Source of the DNA: Mycobacterium sp.
GTDB lineage: Bacteria; Actinomycetota; Actinomycetes; Mycobacteriales; Mycobacteriaceae
NCBI RefSeq assembly: GCF_035640695.1
Contig: NZ_DASQVQ010000059.1
Location: 3,982 to 67,981 of the forward strand
DNA: 64,000 bases
Reading direction: 5' to 3'
In this document: positions 28,912 to 38,362 of the stretch, in pieces
Layout of the letters: every line of letters starts with the position of its first letter
Position numbering within the stretch: the first letter of the stretch is position 1
Translations under genes and position numbers: made by a program
Notes under the pieces: generated by a model
What the model saw: only the letters and a program-made list of their open reading frames with translations
Told to the model about the DNA's origin: nothing
Databases searched by the model: none

Positions 28912-28984
28912 GCCCTACGACGGCCACTAAGCCCGGACACGGCCACCACGCACCTCGCCGCCCACGGCCACCACGCCCGACGAC
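28903..28984. repeat. 4 imperfect C-rich tandem repeats spanning stop-to-stop
   Basis: ggccacTAAgccctacgac / ggccactaagcccggacac / ggccaccacgcacctcgccgcccac / ggccaccacgcccgacgac. The first unit contains the CM stop codon and the last nt belongs to the acyltransferase stop. C 41 versus G 19 of 82 nt. Confidence 0.85.
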
Positions 28985-31038
28985 TACCGCAAGGCGTCCA
29001 GCAGCCACGGTGTCAGCCACTTCACCGCGTCCGGCGTCGGATGGACGCCGTCGCTGCGCACCAGCACGCCGTTGATTTTGGCCGTGTACGCCCCGTCCGG
29101 GGCCAGCTTCTCGTTCAGGTCCAGCAGTGTGACGTTTGGCCGTTGCCCAATGGCGCGGCGCAGCAAAGCATTCCAGTGGTCGACTCGGTCCGGTTGATCC
29201 TCGGGATACCAGCTGCCGTCTGGCTGTTCACCACGCCGGTTGTACGGCTCTGTGGTCACCACCAGTCGAGCCCCGGTGGCCCCGAGGATGTCCAGCGCCT
29301 GTTTGAGCTCACCGGACACGTACGCGTCGAAGGCCGGGTCGCCGATGTGGGTCCACCGGCCCTGATAAACCCGATCCATCGTCTCCCAGCGCCCGATCAC
29401 GAGCAGTACCGCGTCGGGCCGGTCGTGCGCGACGCGGTTCGACCATCGGCTGGGCCACGTGTCGCACTCCGGTTTCTGGTCCAGGGTCTGACCGAAATAC
29501 CGGTACGGGCCGCCGCGGACAATGCCGCACCCGATGACGGTGTGGTCGCTGAACTCGAACCCGGGTGTCGGCGGAAGGTAGCGCATCACCGTCCACGCGA
29601 TCGAGTCACCGAACACCGAGACGACGCGTACGCCATTCGGACTCCGAAGCGCGACGCCTGCCGGACGCGGCGTTTCAACCGGCGACTCAACAGCGGCCGG
29701 AGAAACACCAGGCGGCAGGTCGGCCGTTCCCGGCCTGGCGCCGACCGGAACAACGAGCACGATGACGGCGACGGCCGTCGCAACGGTGGCGGCGGCCAGC
29801 CTCAGTTGCGGAACGATCACCGGTCGCCATCGCCGGACCGGCTGCTCGATCAACCACCAGGACGCGGTGGCCACCGCCAGCGTGACGATGCACCGGACGA
29901 TGAACAGCGGAAATCCGGTCCACCCGGTACGTTCTCCGTCGATGACCAGAAACACCGGCCAGTGCCATAGGTAGACGCCGTAGGAGATGGCGCCCAGCCA
30001 CACCAGCGGACGCCAGGACACCACGCGGGCAACCGGGCCAGCCTGGTCCAGCGCCACCCCGGCAATCACCGTGACGGCCGCAAGCGCAACGGCGATCAGC
30101 AGGCCGTCACGAAACTCGCGCGCATCGCCGGTCGTGTAATGGACCGCCGCTCCCAACATCGCCAGACCGATCACCGGCAGAATGCGGGCCACCCACTTGC
30201 CCCATCGCGACCGAATCACCGGCCCGCCGAGCATCAGCGCCGACCAGTCCCGCACCAGCAGCGCCGACGCGGCGGCGCCGACCAGCAAGGCCTGGGCGCG
30301 GGTGTCGGTGCCGAAGTACACCCGATTGAGCGAGGCGTCCGTTGCATCCGAAGCCAGCACGATCGCCGCGCCCGCGGAGGCCATCGCGCCGGCCGCTGCG
30401 ACCACGAAGACGGCCAACCTGACCGCACCGGGTTTTGCCAAACCCCCTCGGCGCCTGGCGATGACGGCGAGCAGCACGGCGGCGGCGATCAGCAGCAGCG
30501 GCCACCCGAAGTAGTACTGCTCTTCCACGCCGAGCGACCACGTGTGCTGCAGCGGCGACGACGTGCCGCCCTGCGTGAAGTAATCGGTCTTGCGGGCGAC
30601 GAAGCTCCAGTTCGCCACCCAGAAAAACGCGGCAATGGCGTCATCGCGCAGCGCGGCAACGGCGTCCGGCGCGAAGAATTCGTGCGCGAACCCGACGGCG
30701 AGCACCATCACCATCAGCGCGGGCAGCAGCCGTCGCGCCCGGCGGATCCAGAAGCCGGTCAAGTCAATTCGTCCGGTACGCCCCAGCTCCTCGAGCAACA
30801 GCGACGTGATCAGGAAGCCGCTCAGCACGAAGAAGACGTCGACGCCGATGAATCCGCCCGACACCCCGGGAATGCCGCCGTGGTCGACGAGCACGAGTGC
30901 GACGGCGATCGCGCGGATTCCGTCGAGCGCCGGGATACCCCGACCCTGGGCCCGCGTCGACCTTCCGGTGCGCGCGGCACGCGGGACGGCCGCGACCCAA
31001 CGCCGCCGTTCAGCGGAGCACACCGGCGCTGAAGTCAC
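28984..31038 (-). CDS. Acyltransferase-3 (10-TM) fused to an SGNH hydrolase domain (OafA-like O-acyltransferase)
   Basis: 684 aa. N-terminus LDGIRAIAVALVLVDHGG and multiple TM helices, C-terminus VFGDSIA...GVHPT SGNH motifs. Confidence 0.85.
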   Translation of the reverse strand: MTSAPVCSAERRRWVAAVPRAARTGRSTRAQGRGIPALDGIRAIAVALVLVDHGGIPGVSGGFIGVDVFFVLSGFLITSLLLEELGRTGRIDLTGFWIRRARRLLPALMVMVLAVGFAHEFFAPDAVAALRDDAIAAFFWVANWSFVARKTDYFTQGGTSSPLQHTWSLGVEEQYYFGWPLLLIAAAVLLAVIARRRGGLAKPGAVRLAVFVVAAAGAMASAGAAIVLASDATDASLNRVYFGTDTRAQALLVGAAASALLVRDWSALMLGGPVIRSRWGKWVARILPVIGLAMLGAAVHYTTGDAREFRDGLLIAVALAAVTVIAGVALDQAGPVARVVSWRPLVWLGAISYGVYLWHWPVFLVIDGERTGWTGFPLFIVRCIVTLAVATASWWLIEQPVRRWRPVIVPQLRLAAATVATAVAVIVLVVPVGARPGTADLPPGVSPAAVESPVETPRPAGVALRSPNGVRVVSVFGDSIAWTVMRYLPPTPGFEFSDHTVIGCGIVRGGPYRYFGQTLDQKPECDTWPSRWSNRVAHDRPDAVLLVIGRWETMDRVYQGRWTHIGDPAFDAYVSGELKQALDILGATGARLVVTTEPYNRRGEQPDGSWYPEDQPDRVDHWNALLRRAIGQRPNVTLLDLNEKLAPDGAYTAKINGVLVRSDGVHPTPDAVKWLTPWLLDALR

Positions 31039-31100
31039 GTCAATGCCTCCCTATGGGATCCGAGCAAGTGAGTTTAGATGCGACTCACCCGGATCAAGGG

Positions 31101-31146
31101 AAGGCGCGACGGCGCAACGCCGACAAGGCGCGACGGCGCAACGCCG
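31101..31146. repeat. 2 x 22-bp perfect direct repeat (24-bp period)
   Basis: aaggcgcgacggcgcaacgccg-ac-aaggcgcgacggcgcaacgccg. Between the gabD-like stop (31160) and the acyltransferase start (31038). Confidence 0.95.
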
Positions 31147-31159
31147 GCGAGCCGCAAAG

Positions 31160-32608
31160 CTACTTCGTCAACGCGATGTACTTGGTTTCGAGATACTCCT
31201 CGATGCCTTCGAAACCACCCTCACGGCCGAAGCCGGATTCCTTGACACCGCCGAAAGGCGCGGCGGCATCAGAGATCACGCCGCGGTTGACGCCGACCAT
31301 ACCGGACTCGATGCCCTCCGAAACGCGCAGCGCCCGGTCCAGCGAGCGGGTGTACACGTAGGCGACCAGACCGAACTCGGTGTCGTTGGCCGCCGCCAGC
31401 GCCTCCTCCTCGGTGTCGAAGCCGACGATCGGCGCCACCGGGCCGAACACCTCTTCGCGAAGAATGCGCGCGGAACTTGGAACGTCGGTCAGCACGGTCG
31501 CCGGATAGAAGTAACCCGGCCCGTCTGGCGCATCCCCGCCGATCGCGACCGTCGCGCCCTTCGAGACGGCGTCGTCCACCAACTCCTTGACCTTGTCGAG
31601 CTGGTCCTGGTTGATCAGCGGGCCAAGGCTGGCCGACGAGTCCAGACCGCTGCCGAGTGTGAACTCGCTCATCCGCTTGACCAGCTTCTCGGTGAACTCC
31701 TCGCGCACGGCGTTGGCGACGTGGAAGCGGTTCGCCGCCGTGCATGCCTCGCCGCCGTTCCGCATCTTCGCCAGAATCGCGCCGTCCACCGCCGCGTCGA
31801 CGTCGGCGTCGTCGAAGACCACAAACGGGGCGTTGCCGCCGAGCTCCATCGACAGCCGCAGCAGCTTGTCGGAGCCCTGCTTGGCCAGCGCCTTACCGAC
31901 GGTGGTGGACCCGGTGAAGGTCAGCTTGCGCAGCCGCCCGTCGTCGATCAGCGCAGCGGTCACACCCTTCGGATCACTTGTCGGCAGCACCGACAGCACA
32001 CCCTTGGGCAGCCCCGCCTCGTCCATCAGCTTGGCCAGCAACAGCATCGTCAGCGGCGTTTCCTGGGCCGGCTTGACGATCATCGTGCAGCCGGCGGCCA
32101 TCGCCGGCCCGATCTTGCGGGTGCCCATCGCGAGCGGGAAATTCCACGGCGTGATCGCGTAGCAGGGGCCGACCGGCTGCTTGGTGACGACGATGCGGCC
32201 ATTGCCAAGCGGAGCGGGTGCGAACCGACCGTGGATGCGTGCCGCCTCTTCGGAGAACCACCGGAAAAACTCCGCGCCGTATGTGACTTCGCCCTTGCTT
32301 TCCGGAACAACCTTTCCCATTTCCAGCGTCATCAGGGTGGCGACGTCGTCGGCCCGGGCGGTGATCGCGTCGAACACCGCGCGCAGAATCTCGCCGCGCT
32401 CACGGCCGGGCGTGGCCGCCCACTCGTGCTGCACAGCGGCCGCGGCGTCCAATGCGGCGATGGCGTCTTCCGCGGTGGCGTCGGCCACTGAAGTGATCAC
32501 GTGATCGTCGGACGGGTCACGCACGTCGAACGTGGCGGAGCCCTTGCGCTCCTCGCCCCCGATCCAAAGTCCGGTTGGTACTGACGACAACAGCTTGGCG
32601 GTGTCCAT
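31160..32608 (-). CDS. gabD: NAD(P)-dependent succinate-semialdehyde / aldehyde dehydrogenase
   Basis: Start MDTAKLLSSVPTGLWIGGEE (ATG 32608). ALDH motifs ITPWNFP, ELGGNAP, GGEACTAANR. Confidence 0.85.
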   Translation of the reverse strand: MDTAKLLSSVPTGLWIGGEERKGSATFDVRDPSDDHVITSVADATAEDAIAALDAAAAVQHEWAATPGRERGEILRAVFDAITARADDVATLMTLEMGKVVPESKGEVTYGAEFFRWFSEEAARIHGRFAPAPLGNGRIVVTKQPVGPCYAITPWNFPLAMGTRKIGPAMAAGCTMIVKPAQETPLTMLLLAKLMDEAGLPKGVLSVLPTSDPKGVTAALIDDGRLRKLTFTGSTTVGKALAKQGSDKLLRLSMELGGNAPFVVFDDADVDAAVDGAILAKMRNGGEACTAANRFHVANAVREEFTEKLVKRMSEFTLGSGLDSSASLGPLINQDQLDKVKELVDDAVSKGATVAIGGDAPDGPGYFYPATVLTDVPSSARILREEVFGPVAPIVGFDTEEEALAAANDTEFGLVAYVYTRSLDRALRVSEGIESGMVGVNRGVISDAAAPFGGVKESGFGREGGFEGIEEYLETKYIALTK

Positions 32609-32656
32609 ACTCCACCATTTACACCTTTGGACAACCGCCCGCACTAGTGTCAAGGC

Positions 32657-34324
32657 ATGACCGCCGACATCTCCCAGGTTGGGGATATCTCAACGTCACC
32701 CGCCTGGAACGCGCTGGACCGACATCACCACCAGATCGGCACCAAACACCTGCGCGAGTTCTTCGCCGAAGACCCCGAACGCGGTCGCGAGTTGACGGTA
32801 ACGGTGGGCGATCTCTACATCGACTACAGCAAGCACCGGGTGACTCGGGAGACGCTGGCGCTCCTGGTGGACCTGGCCATGGCGGCCCAGCTCGAGCGGC
32901 ACCGCGACGAGATGTTCACCGGGGCGCACATCAACACGTCGGAGGACCGGGCCGTGCTGCACACGGCGCTGCGGCGGCCACCCGGTGCGGAGCTGTTCGT
33001 CGACGGACAGGACGTCGGTGCCGACGTGCAAGAGGTGCTGCGGCGGATGGGCGAGTTCACCGATCGGCTGCGCAGCGGCGAGTGGACCGGAGCCACCGGC
33101 CATCGCATCACGACGGTGGTCAACATCGGCATCGGCGGATCGGATCTCGGCCCGGTGATGGTTTACCAGGCGCTGCGCCACTACGTCGACGCCGGTATTT
33201 CGTGCAGGTTCGTCTCCAATGTCGATCCGGCAGATCTGGTGGCCAAGCTCGACGGCCTCGACCCGGCAAGCACATTGTTCATCGTCGCGTCGAAGACGTT
33301 CTCGACGCTGGAGACGCTGACCAACGCGACGGCGGCGCGACGGTGGCTGACCGACGCTCTCGGCGATGCCGCGGTGTCAAAGCATTTCGTCGCGGTGTCG
33401 ACGAACGCGCGGCTGGTCGACGACTTCGGCATCGACACCAATAACATGTTCGGTTTCTGGGACTGGGTCGGCGGCCGGTACTCGGTGGACTCGGCGATCG
33501 GGTTGGCTGTGATGGCAGCGATCGGCCGAGAGCGATTCAGCGAGTTCCTGGCCGGATTCCATGTTGTCGACGAGCATTTCAGGTCCGCACCGTTGGCCGC
33601 CAACGCGCCGGTACTGCTTGGGCTGCTGGGCATTTGGTACAACGACTTCTTCGGCGCAGAGACGCGCGCCGTGCTGCCGTACTCCAACGACATGGCTCGG
33701 TTTCCCGCGTATCTGCAACAGCTGACGATGGAATCCAACGGCAAGTCGGTGCGGGCCGACGGCACGCCGGTCACGGTCAATACCGGCGAAATCTATTGGG
33801 GTGAGCCCGGAACCAACGGCCAGCACGCGTTCTACCAACTGCTGCATCAGGGCACCCGCCTGGTCCCGGCCGATTTCATCGGCTTCAGCCAGCCCACCGA
33901 CGACCTGCCCACGGCCGACGGCACCGGCAGCATGCACGACCTGTTGGTGAGCAATCTGTTCGCCCAGACGCAGGTGCTGGCGTTCGGCAAGACCGCCGCC
34001 GAGATCGCGGCTGAAGGCACCCCCGCGGCGGTCGTGCCGCACAAGGTGATGCCGGGCAATCGCCCGAGCACCACGATCCTTGCCACCAGGTTGACGCCAT
34101 CGGTTGTCGGGCAGTTGATCGCGCTCTACGAGCACATCGTGTTCACCGAGGGCGTGATCTGGGGCATCGACTCGTTCGATCAGTGGGGCGTCGAGCTCGG
34201 CAAGACACAGGCCAAGGCGCTGCTGCCGGTGCTTACCGGTGACGCACCGCCGGCCCCGCAATCGGACACGTCCACCGACGCGTTGGTCCGCCGCTACCGC
34301 ACCGAGCGCGGCCGCTCGGCTTAG
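32657..34324 (+). CDS. pgi: Glucose-6-phosphate isomerase
   Basis: 555 aa, [39 protein letters not shown]. Canonical PGI, Mtb-like. Confidence 0.97.
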   Translation: MTADISQVGDISTSPAWNALDRHHHQIGTKHLREFFAEDPERGRELTVTVGDLYIDYSKHRVTRETLALLVDLAMAAQLERHRDEMFTGAHINTSEDRAVLHTALRRPPGAELFVDGQDVGADVQEVLRRMGEFTDRLRSGEWTGATGHRITTVVNIGIGGSDLGPVMVYQALRHYVDAGISCRFVSNVDPADLVAKLDGLDPASTLFIVASKTFSTLETLTNATAARRWLTDALGDAAVSKHFVAVSTNARLVDDFGIDTNNMFGFWDWVGGRYSVDSAIGLAVMAAIGRERFSEFLAGFHVVDEHFRSAPLAANAPVLLGLLGIWYNDFFGAETRAVLPYSNDMARFPAYLQQLTMESNGKSVRADGTPVTVNTGEIYWGEPGTNGQHAFYQLLHQGTRLVPADFIGFSQPTDDLPTADGTGSMHDLLVSNLFAQTQVLAFGKTAAEIAAEGTPAAVVPHKVMPGNRPSTTILATRLTPSVVGQLIALYEHIVFTEGVIWGIDSFDQWGVELGKTQAKALLPVLTGDAPPAPQSDTSTDALVRRYRTERGRSA

Positions 34325-34370
34325 CCGGCCCCAACGCCCGCCGGCCCCAACGCCCGCCGGCCCCAACGCC
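34324..34370. repeat. 3 x 16-bp tandem repeat occupying the whole pgi/SDR convergent spacer
   Basis: (gccggccccaacgccc)x2 plus gccggccccaacgcc. It starts at the G of the pgi TAG and ends at the first nt of the SDR stop. The minus strand reads GGCGTTGGGGCCGGCGGGCGTTGGGGCCGGCGGGCGTTGGGGCCGGC. Confidence 0.97.
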
Positions 34371-35122
34371 TACCGGTTGAAACGGCCGGCGATTTCCGGC
34401 GGCAGCAGCTTGATCAGCAGCATCAGCGGTTCCCACGGCCACCACGGCACCGTGGCGCGGCCGGGCTCGCGCTCGATCGCTTCCACCATGGCCTGCACGC
34501 CGGTGTCGGTGTCCACCATGAGCATCGTCGACTCCGCCTTGGCCGTCATCTCCGACTCGATGTAACCGGGCTGCAGCGTCGTGACCTTGATCGGCCCGTT
34601 GTGGTATTCGGCCCGCAGCGATTCGCCGAGCGACGTCAGTCCCGCCTTGCTCGCCGCGTAGGCGGCCTTGACGCCCGGCGGCCCCTTCACACCGGCCACC
34701 GACGAGACCAGCACGAGGTGTCCGCCGCCGGATTTCTTGAACATCTCGATCGCAGTCTCGATCTGCACCAGCGCGGCCACCAGGTTGGTCTCGACGGTCG
34801 CCTTGTTGGCCCACAATTTGCCCGACCCGAGCGGGGCGCCCTTGCCGATGCCGGCGTTGATGATGATGCGGTCGACACCGCCGAGCTCTTCGCTTAACGC
34901 AGCGAACACCTTGGGCACCTGGTCGTGGTCGTTGACGTCGAGCTCGGCGACGGCGACGGTGATGCCCGGATACCGCGCCGTCAGCTCGACCTTCAGTTCA
35001 TCGAGCCGGTCGGCACGACGCGCGCACAGCGCGAGGTCGCGGCCCTTGGCGGCGAACCGACGCGCCATGCCCGCGCCGAGGCCCGAGCTCGCGCCGGTGA
35101 TCAGTATCTTCTGACGAGTCAC
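34370..35122 (-). CDS. Short-chain dehydrogenase/reductase (Rv0945-like)
   Basis: ILITGASSGLGAGMAR, YAASKAG catalytic motif, 250 aa. Confidence 0.85.
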   Translation of the reverse strand: MTRQKILITGASSGLGAGMARRFAAKGRDLALCARRADRLDELKVELTARYPGITVAVAELDVNDHDQVPKVFAALSEELGGVDRIIINAGIGKGAPLGSGKLWANKATVETNLVAALVQIETAIEMFKKSGGGHLVLVSSVAGVKGPPGVKAAYAASKAGLTSLGESLRAEYHNGPIKVTTLQPGYIESEMTAKAESTMLMVDTDTGVQAMVEAIEREPGRATVPWWPWEPLMLLIKLLPPEIAGRFNR

Positions 35123-35177
35123 CTATGCAGCCTAACGGGAGCCAACACCGCATAATCTCCCCAGAGAGGGTGAATGG

Positions 35178-38100
35178 GTGGTCAGCGACTATTGGCCTGA
35201 CTCCGGACATGAGTCCGTTCGGAACTGCACCGCGTGCGGACATGATTTGCGGCCCGCGGCGCGATTCTGCGATGCCTGCGGTTCGCCGGTCAACCCAATG
35301 GGCGCCGTCGGCGAGCGCAAGCAGGTGACGGTGTTGTTCGGTGATGTCGTCGGTTCGATGAGACTGGCGGCGGCGTTAGATCCCGAGCGGCTTCGGGAAA
35401 TAATGTACGAGCTGTTCAACAAGTCGGCGGCGATCGTGCAGCGCTATCGGGGCACGGTGGACAAGTTCACCGGTGATGGCCTGATGGCCCTGTTCGGCGC
35501 GCCGGTAGCGCTCGAAGACCACGCCATGCGTGCATGCATCACGGCACTGGAAATCCAGGCGGCGGCAGAGAAACTCGCCGCCGAAGTGCGCCGTCGCGAC
35601 AACGTCGAGCTGAAGGTCCGGGTAGGGCTCAATTCCGGTGAGGTGGTCGCTGGCGAAATCGGCCGCGGGCCAGGGCGTTACACCGCTGTGGGCCACAGCG
35701 TTGGCATGGCGCAGCGGATGGAGGCAGCCGCGCCACCCGGTACCGTCCTGTGCTCGGAATCGACGGCACGACTCGTTGAGGGTCGCGCACAACTTGGCCC
35801 GACCAATTCCGTGGCCGTCAAGGGTGAGACCCGGCTGATACCGGCACGGCGCCTGTTGTCGGTTCCCGTTCAAGAGACGGTCGTGGGCCGCGACGCGGGC
35901 CCAATGCTTGGCCGCGACGCCGAATTACAAGAAATTATGCGGGTTTTCGATTCGGGAGATGCCTCAGTCATCGGCGTCGTCGGCGAGCCCGGAATCGGTA
36001 AGAGCAGACTCATCCGCGAATTCGCCGCCCGTGTGAGGCGGAAAGAAGCCGACGTCGTCGTCGCTCGGTGCGACGCACACACCGCAGACGTTCCGCTGTG
36101 GGCCTTATCGCGAATGCTGCGCGCGATGTTCGGCGTCAGTCGATTGGATGACCCGGCGGCTCGCGCCCAAGTACTCGAGCGGCTGCCGATTACTGCGCAT
36201 TCCGACGGGGCCCGCGTACTGTTCGATCTACTCGGCATCACGGAGCCGGGTAGCGCACCCGTCGAGCTGAGCCTCGACGCTAGGCACCGCCGACTCGTCG
36301 ACGCCATGATCAAGGCGACCGAATTTCGTTCCCGCCGAGCGGTGTTCATACTCGAGGACGCGCACTGGATCGACGCAGCCAGTGAAGCCACGCTCAGCGA
36401 ATTCGCCGCTTCGCTCTCCGCGCTCCAGTCGACGCTCGTGACCACATACCGCCCCGAATACCGGGGCCCCCTACGCGACCAGCCCGATACCACGATCACG
36501 CTGAGCCCGTTGACCGATGATACAGCGGTCGCAATGGCGGAAGGGCTCATCGGTCACGACCCGACGGTCGGCGGCATCGCCGACCTCATCGCGCGATCGG
36601 CCGCCGGCAATCCTTTCTTCGTCGAGGAGATGGTGCGCGATCTGGCCGACCGCGGCGTGTTGGCAGGCAGTCGGGGCTGCTACCGGCGCCAGGGCGATGT
36701 CGATCCGAGCACGGTGCCGGCAACCGTGCACACAGTCGTCGCCGCGCGCATCGATCGGCTTCCGCCGCAAGCCAAGTGGATCCTCAACGCGGCCGCGGTG
36801 ATCGGGTCATCGTTCGATGTCGATAGGGTGCAGACACTGCTGCCGAACACCGATCGGGATGACCTGGCCGATCTCGTCTCCATGGAACTGATTGATCAAA
36901 TCGAATTCCTGCCTCGCGCACGATACTGCTTTCGGCATCCGCTGATCAGGAAAGTGGCTTACGAATCGCAATTGACCGCCACTCGTGCCGGCGCACACCG
37001 CCGGCTCGCAAGCGCTCTTCAAACACTGCACCCGCCGGCGGTCGACGACAACGCGGCATTGATCGCCACCCATCTGGAGGCCGCCGGCGACCTAAAGCCC
37101 GCCTACGACTGGCACATGCGGGCGGCAAATTGGCTGAAGACGCGCGATATGGTTGCCGCGCGTACCAGCTGGGAACGAGCGCGGCGCATCGCCGACCGAC
37201 TCCCGTCCGAACAGCCGGGAAGCATGGCATTGAGGGCCGCGCCACGAACAATGTTGGTGTGGACGGATTGGTTGGTCGGCGCCGACCCCGACGCCGATAC
37301 GTGCTACGACGAGCTGCGGGCACTCACGGAGCAATCCGGTGACACCCTTTCGCTGGCAATCGGTATGGCCGGGCGGGTGACCGCGTGGTGCGAGAACTAC
37401 AGCCGACCCGTCGCGGCCGCAGCCCTGGCCGCGGAGCTTGCGGGAATGATTGATGACGTCCGTGCCGATCCGATGTCGAAGGCCGACCTGCTGTTCGCCG
37501 TCACGTGGGCACAGTTTGTGGTGTGCGACTTCGAGGCCGTGCTGCGGAACGCCGACCGGATACGGCTCATCGCCGGAAGCGCCGTGACCGGTTCGATCGC
37601 GAGGGCCAATGCGGTGTGCGGGGTGAGCAGGATCCTCAGGGGAGACGTCCGGAGCGGTCGGCGAGAGCTGGCGATCGCAATCGAGCAGGCGCGCCAACTC
37701 GATCCTGTCACCCACGCGGCTGTGATGACGCTGAAGTGCGGTCTGGCCGCCATTGGACTCGAAATTCCCGAAGACACGACGCTCCAGGACGCGCGCGAAG
37801 CACTGAACCGAGCAGAGGAGTTCGGCGACAGGTTCGCGCTCGCGTGCGCGCTGTGGGCCTGCGGGACCCTGCTGCTGCGGATGGAGCGTCATTCCGTAGC
37901 CACCGCGGTTGATTACCTCGAGCGAGCGCGAAGCATCATTACCAAGCACCGGACTGTCACAATTGCGCTGGCACCGATCGAGGCCGACTTGGCCATCGCG
38001 GCCGCGCGCGCCGGGGATCGAGATGTTGCGATTGATTCGGTACGCGCAGCCCTAATCCGCCAATATGAGAATTTCGACTTCATGTTTCTCGGCGTCACGA

Positions 38101-38360
38101 CCACCGCGCTCGTCCAACTTCTCGTCGACAGGAGCGGCGCCGACGACATCGCCGAGGCCACGGCATGGGCGCAACGACTCGAAGGCCAAGCCTCACAATT
38201 GACACTGCCGACATTCGAGTTGTCCGCGGCCTTCTGTCGAATCGTGATCACCCGCTCAGGCGGGGACGCGGCGCTATCGACGGCCCAGTATCTGGACATT
38301 GCCCAACGACTCGACGCCCGAGGGAAATTCCTGGTGCTGCATCCGGTAGCGACGACCTGA
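35178..38360 (+). CDS. Zinc-ribbon - class III adenylate/guanylate cyclase - STAND/AAA ATPase - TPR-like repeat protein (no HTH)
   Basis: 1060 aa. CTACGHDL..FCDACG; cyclase motifs VTVLFGDVVGS, DKFTGDGLMALFG; P-loop GEPGIGKSRL; long helical repeat C-terminus ending without a LuxR-type HTH. Confidence 0.85.
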   Translation: MVSDYWPDSGHESVRNCTACGHDLRPAARFCDACGSPVNPMGAVGERKQVTVLFGDVVGSMRLAAALDPERLREIMYELFNKSAAIVQRYRGTVDKFTGDGLMALFGAPVALEDHAMRACITALEIQAAAEKLAAEVRRRDNVELKVRVGLNSGEVVAGEIGRGPGRYTAVGHSVGMAQRMEAAAPPGTVLCSESTARLVEGRAQLGPTNSVAVKGETRLIPARRLLSVPVQETVVGRDAGPMLGRDAELQEIMRVFDSGDASVIGVVGEPGIGKSRLIREFAARVRRKEADVVVARCDAHTADVPLWALSRMLRAMFGVSRLDDPAARAQVLERLPITAHSDGARVLFDLLGITEPGSAPVELSLDARHRRLVDAMIKATEFRSRRAVFILEDAHWIDAASEATLSEFAASLSALQSTLVTTYRPEYRGPLRDQPDTTITLSPLTDDTAVAMAEGLIGHDPTVGGIADLIARSAAGNPFFVEEMVRDLADRGVLAGSRGCYRRQGDVDPSTVPATVHTVVAARIDRLPPQAKWILNAAAVIGSSFDVDRVQTLLPNTDRDDLADLVSMELIDQIEFLPRARYCFRHPLIRKVAYESQLTATRAGAHRRLASALQTLHPPAVDDNAALIATHLEAAGDLKPAYDWHMRAANWLKTRDMVAARTSWERARRIADRLPSEQPGSMALRAAPRTMLVWTDWLVGADPDADTCYDELRALTEQSGDTLSLAIGMAGRVTAWCENYSRPVAAAALAAELAGMIDDVRADPMSKADLLFAVTWAQFVVCDFEAVLRNADRIRLIAGSAVTGSIARANAVCGVSRILRGDVRSGRRELAIAIEQARQLDPVTHAAVMTLKCGLAAIGLEIPEDTTLQDAREALNRAEEFGDRFALACALWACGTLLLRMERHSVATAVDYLERARSIITKHRTVTIALAPIEADLAIAAARAGDRDVAIDSVRAALIRQYENFDFMFLGVTTTALVQLLVDRSGADDIAEATAWAQRLEGQASQLTLPTFELSAAFCRIVITRSGGDAALSTAQYLDIAQRLDARGKFLVLHPVATT

Positions 38361-38362
38361 AC

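Noticed and set aside
25077-34370. Possibility that the intergenic tandem repeats (25077, 25907, 28903, 31101, 34324) are CRISPR arrays.
   Set aside because: The units are directly adjacent with no unique spacers. There are only 2-8 copies of 16-24 bp, there are no cas genes, and the arrays are bounded by stop codons. They are simple tandem repeats.
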